Source: Myxococcota bacterium (GTDB lineage Bacteria; Myxococcota_A; UBA9160; UBA4427). From it: 64,000 nucleotides of DNA. Numbering within the stretch: the stretch's first letter is position 1; each line of letters begins with the position of its first letter. Shown here one piece after another: positions 9,418 to 18,807 of the stretch. The position numbers and the translations under genes were made by a program. Location: positions 2,304,001 through 2,368,000 of the forward strand of contig OZ252299.1 in assembly GCA_965250285.1 (NCBI GenBank), given 5' to 3'. The notes under the pieces are model-generated. The model was not told the origin of the DNA, ran no database searches, and saw nothing but the letters and a program-made list of their open reading frames with translations.

Positions 9418-10587
9418 ATGCCCACCTCCCTGCACAACGAAGCCGCCATCGTCGGCGTCGGCCAGACGGCCTACACGAAGAACTCGGGCGTGAGTGAGCT
9501 GCAGCTCGCCTGCGAGGCCGTGCGCAACGCGATCAGCGACGCCGGGCTCGCGCCCGACGAGGTCGACGGGCTCGTGACCTTCACGATGGATTCGAGCGAC
9601 GAGGTCGAGGTCGCGCGCGCCGTCGGCCTCGGCGACATGACGTTCTTCAGCCAGATCAACTACGGCGGCGGCGCCGCGGTCGGCCTCGTGCACCAGGCGG
9701 CGATGGCCGTGGCGACGGGGGCCGCGAAGAACGTCGTGGTCTACCGCGCCCTCAATGGGCGCTCGGGCCAGCGCATGGGCCAGGGCGTCTCGGGCAACAT
9801 CATCACGAGCGACACGATCCACTGGTCCTGGTACATGCCCTACGGCCTGCTGACCCCGGCGAGCTGGATCGCGCTGCAGGCGCAGCTCTACATGCACAAG
9901 TACGGCGCGACGAGCGAGAGCCTCGCCCACGTCGCCATCACCCAGCGCAAGCACGCCAACAACAACCCGAACGCCGCGATGCAGCACAAGACGATGACGA
10001 TGGACGACTACCTCGCGTCGCGCATGATGTGCGAGCCGCTGCGGCTCTTCGACTGCTGCCAGGAGGACGACGGCGGCTGCGCCCTCGTGATCACTACGCC
10101 CGAGCGCGCGAAGGATCTCGCCCAGCCCGCGGCCGTCATTCGCGGCGTCGCGCAGGCCTCTTTCGACGGCCAGGAGCAGATGACGAGCTTCTACCGCGAC
10201 GACCTCGCCTTCCTGCCCGAGATGGAGCTCGCGGCGAAGCAGGTCTACGCCCAGAGTGGCCTCGGGCCCGACGACATCGACGCCGCCTGCCTCTACGACG
10301 CGTTCACGCCCGAGGTGCTCATGCAGCTCGAAGCGTTCGGGTTCTGTGGCAAGGGTGAAGCGAAGGATTTCGTGACCGAGGATTCGCTCGGCGTGAACGG
10401 CCGACTGCCGAACAACACCCATGGCGGGCTGCTCAGCGAGGCCTACATCCACGGCGTGAACAACATCGCCGAGGGGGTCCGGCTCGTCCGCGGCACCTCG
10501 GTCAATCAGCCCGAGGGCGTCGAGCACGTACTGGTCTCGAGCGGCGTGGGCGTCCCGACCGGTGCGCTGATCCTCGGCCAGGCCTGA
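9418..10587 (+). CDS. ltp2: Thiolase-fold 'lipid-transfer protein' / steroid side-chain aldolase, Ltp2-like
   Basis: AIVGVGQT, KNSGVSELQLA, PLRLFDCCQEDDG, LYDAFT, NTHGGLLSEAYIHG; operon context. Confidence 0.85.
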   Translation: MPTSLHNEAAIVGVGQTAYTKNSGVSELQLACEAVRNAISDAGLAPDEVDGLVTFTMDSSDEVEVARAVGLGDMTFFSQINYGGGAAVGLVHQAAMAVATGAAKNVVVYRALNGRSGQRMGQGVSGNIITSDTIHWSWYMPYGLLTPASWIALQAQLYMHKYGATSESLAHVAITQRKHANNNPNAAMQHKTMTMDDYLASRMMCEPLRLFDCCQEDDGGCALVITTPERAKDLAQPAAVIRGVAQASFDGQEQMTSFYRDDLAFLPEMELAAKQVYAQSGLGPDDIDAACLYDAFTPEVLMQLEAFGFCGKGEAKDFVTEDSLGVNGRLPNNTHGGLLSEAYIHGVNNIAEGVRLVRGTSVNQPEGVEHVLVSSGVGVPTGALILGQA

Positions 10588-10692
10588 TTGCGAAACGGAT
10601 CCATCCGAAACGAAACGGCCCTTGCCTGACGCAGCCCCCGATGGGAGAGCCGATCTGCCGAGTCTGACACCGCGAGCGTGTGGAGAGCCGAC

Positions 10693-11538
10693 GTGCCGAG
10701 CCTGAGCCCCGACCAGATCGACCACTACCGCGAGCACGGGTGGGTCGTGGTACCGGGTGTGCTGAAGCCCGACGAGATCGAGCGCTACCGGGCCCGCGCG
10801 CGCGAGATCACCCTCGGCGACCTGCCCGAAGACGCGACCAACCGCCGGGTCATCGACATCGCGTTCGCCAAGGGCCAGCGCCCCATGCCCGACGATCCCG
10901 AGCACGCGATCTGGAAGATCATGAACCCGGATCGCTTCGATCCCCTGTTTCGCGACTTCATGCGCACGCCGGCGGTGCTCGATGCAGTCGAGAGCCTGCT
11001 CGGTCCCGACCTGCTCGCCTTCCTGCTGATGTTCATCTACAAGCCGCCGCGGCTCGCGAGCTCGGTGCATCCGTTTCACCAGGACGCGCTCTACTTTCCG
11101 TTCGAGCCCCAGGATCTGTGCTGCGGCGTCTGGATCCCCCTCGACGACGTCGACGCCACGAACGGCACCCTTTCGATCGTGCCGGGCTCGCATCGACGCG
11201 AGGTCATCGCGCACGAGATGCGCGAGGGGATCAACTTCGGCGCGCTGGCTGCGACCGAGGTCGAAGGCAATGCCGTCGAGCACGCCGCGGCGCTCGACAT
11301 GGAGATGCCGGCCGGCGACTGCCTGCTCTTCAACACGCGCCTGCTCCACCGTTCGGGCGGCAACCAGACCGACCGCCACCGACGCGTGCTCACGCTCCAC
11401 ATGGCGAGCGCGCGGTGTCGACCGACCGGGGCGCAGTTCAACGAGTTCGGCTTCACGTCCGTCCGCGGGCGCACGTTCGAAGGCTGCCTGCAGCCGGTCG
11501 ACGCGCCGAGCCTCGAGCTTCGCCACCAGATGATCTAG
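10693..11538 (+). CDS. Phytanoyl-CoA dioxygenase (PhyH) family Fe(II)/2OG dioxygenase
   Basis: HQD, WIPLDD..NG...VPGSH, HRSGGN...R motifs. Confidence 0.9.
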   Translation: MPSLSPDQIDHYREHGWVVVPGVLKPDEIERYRARAREITLGDLPEDATNRRVIDIAFAKGQRPMPDDPEHAIWKIMNPDRFDPLFRDFMRTPAVLDAVESLLGPDLLAFLLMFIYKPPRLASSVHPFHQDALYFPFEPQDLCCGVWIPLDDVDATNGTLSIVPGSHRREVIAHEMREGINFGALAATEVEGNAVEHAAALDMEMPAGDCLLFNTRLLHRSGGNQTDRHRRVLTLHMASARCRPTGAQFNEFGFTSVRGRTFEGCLQPVDAPSLELRHQMI

Positions 11539-11714
11539 CGCCCGGGCACGCCGCGTGCCCTTCCCCACGGCACGGCCGGGGTCGTGTCCCGAATTCGGGA
11601 CGCGATGCCCCCGCTTGCGCGGGCCCCGCTTCGATGTTCACCCCGGGCCCCGTCACGCCGATGCGTGCGAACGAAGACCCTACGCGCCACGGCGTAGGCG
11701 TTCGGGGGACATCG

Positions 11715-12479
11715 ATGTCGGGCGCACAACTTCTCCAGGCCGTCGCGGGCACGGTCTACATGGCCACGATCACGACGGTCGGGCTCCGCCTCATCTTCCT
11801 CGCACGGCGCAATCGCACCTGGCCCGAGCTGATGCTCGGCATCTCGCTCTTCGTCGGCGGCACGATCGCCGCGACCGTCGAGGCGGCCGGCATGAGCGGC
11901 CACGTCTACTTCACGCCCGAGGTGAGCGGTACGCTGCTCGCCATCGGCAAGGCGCTCGGCATCGCCGGCTTCATCCTGCAGGCGCTCTTCGTTCGGATGG
12001 TGTTCCGCCCCGACGACCGCTGGGCCCTCGGCCTCGTCTTCGCCATCGCGATGCTGCTCACGGGGACGTTCGCTGCGTTCTACCTCGCAGGGAGCTTCTC
12101 GACGGGCCAGATGCCGCTGCCCATCTTCCTCTCCGAGCTGACCGCTCGCTGTACCGGCTCGTTCTGGCTGATCTTCGAATCGCTGCGGTACTACGGGTTC
12201 ATGCGCAAGCGGCTCGGCCTGGGCCTCGCCGATCCGGTCGTGGCCGATCGGTTTCGCCTGTTTGCCATCGCAGCCATTGCCGGGCTCTGCCTGCTGGCCA
12301 CCTCGGTGCCGCCGATGATCTGGCCCGCGGCCGACTCACGCTGGCTCGACCTGCTGATCCCGTTCTTCGCCGCTTCGGGCGTGACGGCGAGCGTCGCCTT
12401 CCTGCTCGCGTTCTTCCCGCCGGCCTGGTACCGCGCGCGCATCGAGCGGCAGCATGCCGACACGGCGCCGGCGCACTAG
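11715..12479 (+). CDS. Uncharacterised ~7-TM membrane protein
   Basis: About seven hydrophobic segments, GLADPVVADRF loop, FFPPAWYR tail; RBS GGGGGA; paralog at 1..450. Confidence 0.8.
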   Translation: MSGAQLLQAVAGTVYMATITTVGLRLIFLARRNRTWPELMLGISLFVGGTIAATVEAAGMSGHVYFTPEVSGTLLAIGKALGIAGFILQALFVRMVFRPDDRWALGLVFAIAMLLTGTFAAFYLAGSFSTGQMPLPIFLSELTARCTGSFWLIFESLRYYGFMRKRLGLGLADPVVADRFRLFAIAAIAGLCLLATSVPPMIWPAADSRWLDLLIPFFAASGVTASVAFLLAFFPPAWYRARIERQHADTAPAH

Positions 12480-13096
12480 AGATTCTCGGCGTAGTCCTTC
12501 TCGATCGCCTCGTCGACGAGATCGGCGACCTTGTCATCGAGATCGAACCGCTTCTTCGCCATCTGACCGAACGAGACCTTCAGGCGTTCGCCCCACGTCT
12601 CGGGCTTCCAGAGCTTCGAGCGGATGAAGGCCTTGGCGCAGTGATGGAAGCACTCGTCGACCTCGACGCGCAGCGCGAGGAGCGCGGGCTTCCCGCGCGC
12701 AGAAAGCCGCTCGCAGGTCGCCGGATCGGTCGTGATCGAGGCCCGACCGTTCACGCGCACCGTCTCGTTCGTCCCCGGCAGCATGAAGAGCAGCCCGACG
12801 TGCGGGTTGTCGATCACGTTCACGAGCCCGTACGCCAGCTTGTTACCGGGGCGCTCGGGCAGCACGATCGTCCGCTCGTCTTCGACCCAGACGAAGCCCG
12901 GCGCGTCCCCCTTCGGCGACGCATCCTGCTGGCCGTCGCTGTTCGACGTCGAAACGACGACGAACGGGGCTCGCTCGATGTACTCACGCGCTTCGTCGGT
13001 GACGAAGTCGGTCACCTTGGCGACCGTACCGGGCAGGGGCTCACCGAGCACCCCGCGCAGCGCCTCGATCGATTCGATCGCGTACTCGTCCGACAT
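12476..13096 (-). CDS. Pyridoxamine 5'-phosphate oxidase-like FMN-binding protein (MSMEG_1061-like)
   Basis: DASPKGDAPGFV, LPERPGNK, VGLLFMLPG, HCAKAFIRSKLW. Confidence 0.9.
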   Translation of the reverse strand: MSDEYAIESIEALRGVLGEPLPGTVAKVTDFVTDEAREYIERAPFVVVSTSNSDGQQDASPKGDAPGFVWVEDERTIVLPERPGNKLAYGLVNVIDNPHVGLLFMLPGTNETVRVNGRASITTDPATCERLSARGKPALLALRVEVDECFHHCAKAFIRSKLWKPETWGERLKVSFGQMAKKRFDLDDKVADLVDEAIEKDYAENL

Positions 13097-13412
13097 GCTG
13101 GCCTCCATTTCGATCGGCTCCCGGTGCCGCCCGAACACGGGACCGGCGGCCTGCACAGAAGGGCTGTGTGCGAGACCGCGCGGCGATGGGCGGTACATCG
13201 AGGGCGGGTTGGAGGGCAGCTGGCGGCGCGCTCGCGTGCCCCATCTTCGAGCCGAAGCTAGCCGAAGCGGGACCGAGACGCGCGGGCACGGACGACAGCG
13301 ACGGGTCGAACGCCCATCGAGCGCTCGCGGGCCCGGCTCCGGCGGGCGGGCGGTTCGAGCCGAATCGTCGAGGCAAACCCAGCGGCCGGCGGGTACATCG
13401 CCCGCTTCGGCC

Positions 13413-15482
13413 TCAGATGTTGAAGCGACCGACCTCTTCGTCGAGGACGCGCGCGCGCTCCGAGAGCTCGCCGAGGCTCTCCTGCATTCCGACCCGGCGG
13501 TGATTGCTCTCGCCCACCGCTTCGCGGAAGACCTGGATCGCCTGCAGGATCTGATCGCCCTGCTTCGCCTGCTCCTTGGTCGACGCGAGGATCTGCTCGA
13601 TCCGCGAGGCCACCACCTCGACGCTGCGGGTGATGTGCTCGCTCTCCTTGCGCTGTTCCTGGGTCGAGTGCTTGATTCGCTGGCCGAGGTCACGCATGTG
13701 CTCGACGGCGCGCGTGATGTCGGCACTCGCGTTGTCCTGCTCGTGCGTCCCGCGGTTCAGCTGCTCGGCGATCGTCCGCAGCTGGGTCATCTGCTCTTCG
13801 ACCTTCTCGATGTCGCGGGTCTGCCCCTCGGTCGCCGAGACGATGTCGTCGACGCGCCGCGCCGACTCTTCGGCGGCCTCACCGATGCCGCGCAGGATCG
13901 TGCCGGCCTCTCGTGAGAGGGCCACACCGTTGCGCACGCGATCGTTGCCCGTGTTCATCGCGACGACCGCCGCCTCGACACCGCCCTGCACGGCGGTGAT
14001 CAGCTCGGAGATCTCGCGGGTCGACCCGGCGGTGCGCTCTGCGAGATTGCGGACCTCTTCGGCGACGACGGCGAAAGCACGGCCGTGCTCGCCGGCCTGG
14101 CTCGAGATGATCGCGGCGTTGAGGGCGAGCAGATTCGTCTGCTCGACGACGCCCTCGATGACCTTGACGATCTCACCGATCGAGCCCGACTTGTCGGACA
14201 GATCGACGATGATCCTCTCGAGGCCCTCGAAGCTGACCTGGATCTCCTGCATGCCGCGCACGGTCTCGTCGACGCTCTTGACGCCCTCCGAGGCCTGGTC
14301 GGCCGTCTTGGCCGAGAGCTCATGCGTCTCGCGCGCGTTGCCCTCGACGCGCTTGACGGCGCCGAGCAGCAGCTGCAGCGCGCCCGACGTCGACTCGCTC
14401 GAGCCGTTCAGGATGTCGGCGCTCTGGGCAATCTCGCGAATGGCCGTGGTCATCTCGACGACCGAGGACGCGGTCGCGTCGATGGTCTCCGAGAGGCTGT
14501 CCATGTGCGTCGCGATCTGGCCGATGGCGACGTCCATCTGCGACGCCGCCGCCGAGGTCTCCATCGCGGTGCCCGAGAGAGTCTCGACGTTCGTGTTGAC
14601 GTCGCTGATCGAGTGGTGGATGCGCTCGATCGCCTCGCTCGTCCCTTCGACGGCCTGCTCCTGTCGCGTGGCGTCGCTGGCCATCGACTCGCCGGCGAGC
14701 TCGAGGGTCGACGTCACGCCGCCGACGGCCCGGGTGTTCTCGCGCACCTGAGAAACCAGGCCACGCAGGCTGCCGGCCATGCGGTTGAACGCCCGGGCGA
14801 GCTCGCCGATCTCGTCCTCGGAGCCCACCGCGACCTGCACCGACAGATCGCCCTCGGCCATGCGGCCGGCGCCGTCGACGAGGTCGATGATCGGCGTCGC
14901 GATCTGACGCCGCATGATGGTCGCGCCCAGGTAGCAGAAGCCGAGCGCCGCCAGCAGAACGCCGCCAACGATCAGCATGAAGACGCGCGCGAAGGCCGTC
15001 AGCTGGCCGGTATCCATCTGGATGAACACCAGGCCCTGCTCCTCGCCGTCGACGAGGATCGGCTCGGTCAGCTCGAGCCGGCCCGGATGAAAGCGGTTGC
15101 CGACCTGGGGCGCCTGGGGCACCTCGAAGTTGGTCACGTCCGATCGCAGATAGCCCGCGAAGGCCTCTCCGCCCTGGTCGTAGACCACGGCGGCCATGAC
15201 GTGCTCTTGTGCCGCGAGGGCGCTGAGCGTCTCCTCGGCGGTCTGTGCGTCGTTGAAGAGGAGCGCAGCCGACGAGTTCATGCCGACCACGCGGGCGAGC
15301 ACCTCGCCCTCACGCACCATGTCGCCGCGAAACGCGACGAACTGAAACGCGAAGATCGCCCCCGATACGAGGACGAGGGCGATGACGGTGGTGAGCATGT
15401 AGCTCACGACCAGTCGGTTGCGAATCGACGTCGAGGCCATGAACGACGCCCCAGGGAGCTTGACCTTGCCTTCCATCGGCAC
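13413..15482 (-). CDS. Methyl-accepting chemotaxis protein with CHASE8-like periplasmic domain and HAMP
   Basis: TM - NSSAALLFNDAQTAEETL - TM - DEIGELARAFNRM - QTNLLALNAAI..AGEHGRAFAVVAEEVRNLAERT. Confidence 0.9.
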   Translation of the reverse strand: MPMEGKVKLPGASFMASTSIRNRLVVSYMLTTVIALVLVSGAIFAFQFVAFRGDMVREGEVLARVVGMNSSAALLFNDAQTAEETLSALAAQEHVMAAVVYDQGGEAFAGYLRSDVTNFEVPQAPQVGNRFHPGRLELTEPILVDGEEQGLVFIQMDTGQLTAFARVFMLIVGGVLLAALGFCYLGATIMRRQIATPIIDLVDGAGRMAEGDLSVQVAVGSEDEIGELARAFNRMAGSLRGLVSQVRENTRAVGGVTSTLELAGESMASDATRQEQAVEGTSEAIERIHHSISDVNTNVETLSGTAMETSAAASQMDVAIGQIATHMDSLSETIDATASSVVEMTTAIREIAQSADILNGSSESTSGALQLLLGAVKRVEGNARETHELSAKTADQASEGVKSVDETVRGMQEIQVSFEGLERIIVDLSDKSGSIGEIVKVIEGVVEQTNLLALNAAIISSQAGEHGRAFAVVAEEVRNLAERTAGSTREISELITAVQGGVEAAVVAMNTGNDRVRNGVALSREAGTILRGIGEAAEESARRVDDIVSATEGQTRDIEKVEEQMTQLRTIAEQLNRGTHEQDNASADITRAVEHMRDLGQRIKHSTQEQRKESEHITRSVEVVASRIEQILASTKEQAKQGDQILQAIQVFREAVGESNHRRVGMQESLGELSERARVLDEEVGRFNI

Positions 15483-15485
15483 TTC

Positions 15486-16043
15486 CTACTCCACGACCTG
15501 GGCGATGCGAAGCAGGCGCGAGCTGATCTTCAGCCCCGCCGCATCGGCGGCCTTCTTGTTGATCACGAAGCGGATCTTGTCGTCGACCGTCACGAAGTTC
15601 GCGACACCGCCCCGCTTCGCGAAGCCATCGTTGTCCGAGACGGTGAGGACGCTGCGCTTGCCGAAGGTCGCCAGCACTTCACTCTCGTCGCCCTTGCGAC
15701 CGGCCGCGACGTAGAGGATGTGACAGCCGCGCGAAGCGAGGACGCTGGGCGTGGGCTTCACGACGACCTCGCGCTCGCCGACGGCCCGGCCGTTGATGCT
15801 GTCGGTGGCGACCTGCGTGAACGATGCGTCTCCGAGCACGCAGATCTTGACCGGATCCGACTCGTCGCTGAACGCGGATTCGGGCCACTCGACGAAGCGA
15901 ACGAAGTTGAAGAGATAGGCCGCCTGCACGTCGTTGGCCGACGGGCTCCCCGCCGCCGACGCCTGCAGCGCCACGAAGCCGATCCCCGCGAGCGCGCATG
16001 CGCCGACCGCCGCGGCGAACTTGCGAATCGTGGACGTCTCCAT
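15486..16043 (-). CDS. yfiR: YfiR family periplasmic protein
   Basis: VQAAYLFNFVRFVEWP, ICVLG, CHILYV, LTVSD, RFVIN..AA..AGLKISSRLLRIA. Confidence 0.9.
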   Translation of the reverse strand: METSTIRKFAAAVGACALAGIGFVALQASAAGSPSANDVQAAYLFNFVRFVEWPESAFSDESDPVKICVLGDASFTQVATDSINGRAVGEREVVVKPTPSVLASRGCHILYVAAGRKGDESEVLATFGKRSVLTVSDNDGFAKRGGVANFVTVDDKIRFVINKKAADAAGLKISSRLLRIAQVVE

Positions 16044-16169
16044 CGAACCCTCCGAGTGGCCGTCGAGGCACGCGCAACGAAGTCGGCCGCGCACACGCCT
16101 CGTCAGCCGCATCGACACGCCGCGTCCGTTGGACGACGCACGTCTCGAGCGACTCCTGCGTACGCCCTC

Positions 16170-16197
16170 TCATCGGCACGTCATGCGCAGAAGTGGA
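16170..16197 (-). promoter_or_regulatory. Possible sigma28 promoter for yfiR-mcp
   Basis: Minus strand TCCAC-N15-GCCGATGA; good -10, weak -35. Confidence 0.35.
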
Positions 16198-16381
16198 CTT
16201 CAATCTGCAGTGGAACCGCAGCACTCGGGCGAATCACGTGCAGCGTGCGCGCAGCCGCGCACCGCCTGCTCACCGATTCTCGGCCTGGCCGGAACCGACG
16301 ATTCCAGCCCGAGCGGAACCCCCCGGGCGCCTGTCGAGGGTGGCGCGCCCCCACGCGGGCGAGGGAGCCTCGCGACGGGCG

Positions 16382-17122
16382 TCACGCGAGATGCGATTGC
16401 AGTGCGGCGCGAACCTTCTCGGGATCGGAGCGTTGCTGATAGTTCTCGGACTGATCCATCCAGACGATCGTGCCGGAGGCGTCCGCGAGAATCGTCGTCG
16501 GCACCGGCTGGGGTCGCCCGGGCGGCCCGGTCTGGATCAACTGATTTCGCAACCCGAATCGATCGGTCACCTCGAGGTCGGGATCGGCGAGCATGATCGC
16601 CTTCAGACCGTGCTTCGTGCGGCCTCGCGCGATCGCACCGGGCGAGTCAGTACACACCGTGACGATCTGAACGCCCTTCGCGTCGAGCTCGGGCCGAAGC
16701 TCTTCCCATCGCCGCAACTCGGCGACACAGTAGGGTCACCAGTGGCCGCGGAAGAACTTCAGCAGGATCGGCCGCCCCTCGATGCCCGAGAGCGTGAAGG
16801 GCTTCGCATCGTCGTCGAGGGCCGTGACGTCGGGCAGCTTCGTGCCGACACGCACGGCGTCGGGCGCCACCTGCTGGCGGCTGATCGCGACGAGCACCGT
16901 GAAGAAGCCCCCCGCCGCGAGCCCGAGCCCACCGAGCAGGCCCCCGATCCAGCCGGGTGAGCTCGTCAGGGCCGAGGCACCGAGCCCCGCCGCGACGACC
17001 CAGCCGACGACGAACGGGGTGCGCGCGCCCTCGAGGGCCACAGCGTTGGCGCGGCGAAACCAGAGCACCGAGGTGACGGCGAGGATCGTGAAGGAGACGA
17101 TTCCGAGTGTGAATCCGCTCAT
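16382..17122 (-). CDS. Selenoprotein: membrane-anchored peroxiredoxin-like (AhpC/TSA, redoxin) protein with UxxC
   Basis: ORFs 16736..17683 and 16382..16717 are in frame across TGA 16736-16738: KFFRGHW-U-PYCVAELRRW. Three N-terminal TM segments; SECIS-like hairpin follows the UGA. Confidence 0.9.
16705..16735 (-). promoter_or_regulatory. Putative bacterial SECIS element
   Basis: After UGA: CCC-UACUGU-GUCGCCG-AGUUG-CGGCGAU-GGG; 7-bp apical stem, loop starts after 16 nt. Confidence 0.65.
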
Positions 17123-17311
17123 GGCCGAGGCTCCTTCTGGCTGGCACAGCTGGATCGAACCGACCGGGCGCTGCAGCGAGTCTCGCACGCAGCGCGCCGC
17201 CGGGCGACCCGATCCGCCTGACGGCTTCGATGCCGGAGGGTACGCTTCGTTCTCGATGCTCGCGGCCGTCCGAGCCGAACCGAACCGCGACCGCCCACCA
17301 CCGAGGTCCTC

Positions 17312-18340
17312 ATGGAACGACCGATCCTGCTCGCCGGCGTGCCCGGCTCCCCCTACTCGCGCAAGATGCGCGCCGTCCTGCGCTACCGACAGATCCCGCA
17401 CCGGTTTCTGTCGGCGCACACGACTGCCGTGAAGGGCCTGCCGCCGACACCGCGGCCGCTGCTGCCAGGCATGTGGTTGCCCGAAGGCGACGACGGCTGG
17501 ACGGCGGTGAGCGACTCGACCTTTCAGATGGCCGAGCTCGAACAGCTCTACCCCGAGCGAAGCCTGCGCCCGGTCGACGGGGGCATCGCCTTCATCGACG
17601 ACCTGATCGAGGACTACGGCGACGAGTGGGTGACGAAGCCGATGTTCTTCTACCGCTGGGGCATCGACGAGAACGTCGATCACGCGTGCAATGTGCTGCC
17701 GCTCTGGAACATCGGGGTCCCCGATGCGTTCGTCGAGCAGTTCCGGGGCTCGTTCGGCCAGCGCCAGATCGATCGGCTCTCGGGCGTCGTCACGGGCGAC
17801 CTCGAGGTCTGCGGACCGATCATCATGCAGAGCTACGAGCGACTGCTCGCGATCCTGCGCGACCGGCTGGCCGCGAGCCGCTTCGTGCTCGGCGAGCGGC
17901 CGGGCGCGGGCGATTTCGGCCTGTACGGCCAGCTGACCCAGCTGGTGGGCGTCGAGCCCACTTCGATGGCCGCGGCGCGCGCGATCGCGCCGCGCGTCAT
18001 GAGCTGGGTCGACGTCGTCGAAGACCTCTCGGGGCTCGAGGTGTCGGGCGACGCGGGCTGGGACGGGCGCGACGCCGTACGCGAAGGCCTGCGCGACCTG
18101 CTGGTCGAGATCGGCCGCACCTACGTCCCCTTCATGCTCGCCAATGCCGCGGCGGTCGACGCCGGCGACGAGCGGATGGAGTGCGAGATCGACGGCCAGA
18201 AGTACTGGCAGAAGTCGTTCGGCTATCAGCGCAAGTGCGTGGGCTGGCTGCGCGAGAAGTACGCCGCCCTGGCCGACGACGATCGCGCCTTCGTCGACGC
18301 GACCCTCGCCGGCACGGGCTGCGAGGCGCTGGTGGCCTGA
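17312..18340 (+). CDS. Glutathione S-transferase family protein
   Basis: GSPYSRKMRAVLRYRQIP, SDST, EDYGDEW, FVLGERPGAGDFGLYGQL. Confidence 0.85.
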   Translation: MERPILLAGVPGSPYSRKMRAVLRYRQIPHRFLSAHTTAVKGLPPTPRPLLPGMWLPEGDDGWTAVSDSTFQMAELEQLYPERSLRPVDGGIAFIDDLIEDYGDEWVTKPMFFYRWGIDENVDHACNVLPLWNIGVPDAFVEQFRGSFGQRQIDRLSGVVTGDLEVCGPIIMQSYERLLAILRDRLAASRFVLGERPGAGDFGLYGQLTQLVGVEPTSMAAARAIAPRVMSWVDVVEDLSGLEVSGDAGWDGRDAVREGLRDLLVEIGRTYVPFMLANAAAVDAGDERMECEIDGQKYWQKSFGYQRKCVGWLREKYAALADDDRAFVDATLAGTGCEALVA

Positions 18341-18367
18341 CGCGCGGCCGAGGGCTCGGCCCGCGGA

Positions 18368-18706
18368 TCACGGCGCGAGGCGTGCCTTGTCGAACAACAG
18401 CTCGACGCGCTGCACCGCGCCGTCGGCCACCGTCACGGCCTCGGCCATGGGCACCGGCCCGTCCGGCAAGCCGAGGTCGAAGTCATAGACGGTGACGGCG
18501 GTCGAGCCATCCCAGGCCTGGTGCCGAATCTCGAGCCCCTTCACCCGCTGGGTCAGCCCCCCGAGCGCGCCGCGAAACGCCGCGGCCGAGTCGAGGTTCA
18601 TCATCGGGCTGGCGAACGCGAGCCCCTCGTCCATCGGCACCGCATCGAGCTCGATCTCGCTGCGCAGGGCCGCGTAGTACGCGTCGACCACTCTCTGTCG
18701 ATCCAT
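18368..18706 (-). CDS. SnoaL/NTF2-like protein
   Basis: 112 aa, VVDAYYAAL, FASP, MAEAVTVADG..RVELLFD; RBS GGAG. Confidence 0.75.
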   Translation of the reverse strand: MDRQRVVDAYYAALRSEIELDAVPMDEGLAFASPMMNLDSAAAFRGALGGLTQRVKGLEIRHQAWDGSTAVTVYDFDLGLPDGPVPMAEAVTVADGAVQRVELLFDKARLAP

Positions 18707-18785
18707 CTGGGTCTCCTCGGACGGCGGAGCCGCCCTCTGCTGCGGCGGATCATCCCGCCGAGTCCCCAGGTCTACCGCGCACGAA

Positions 18786-18803
18786 ATATGACAGCTAACA
18801 TAT
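18786..18803. promoter_or_regulatory. Probable TetR operator
   Basis: AT-rich imperfect palindrome ATATGACAGCTAACATAT ending 4 nt before the tetR ATG, between divergent genes. Confidence 0.7.
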
Positions 18804-18807
18804 CTGC

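Noticed and set aside
9325..11568. Long antisense or alternate-frame ORFs (also 14085..16439, 21866..24205, 24426..26876, 33197..35257 and others)
   Set aside because: Shadow ORFs expected at high GC; they overlap well-supported genes and carry no motifs.
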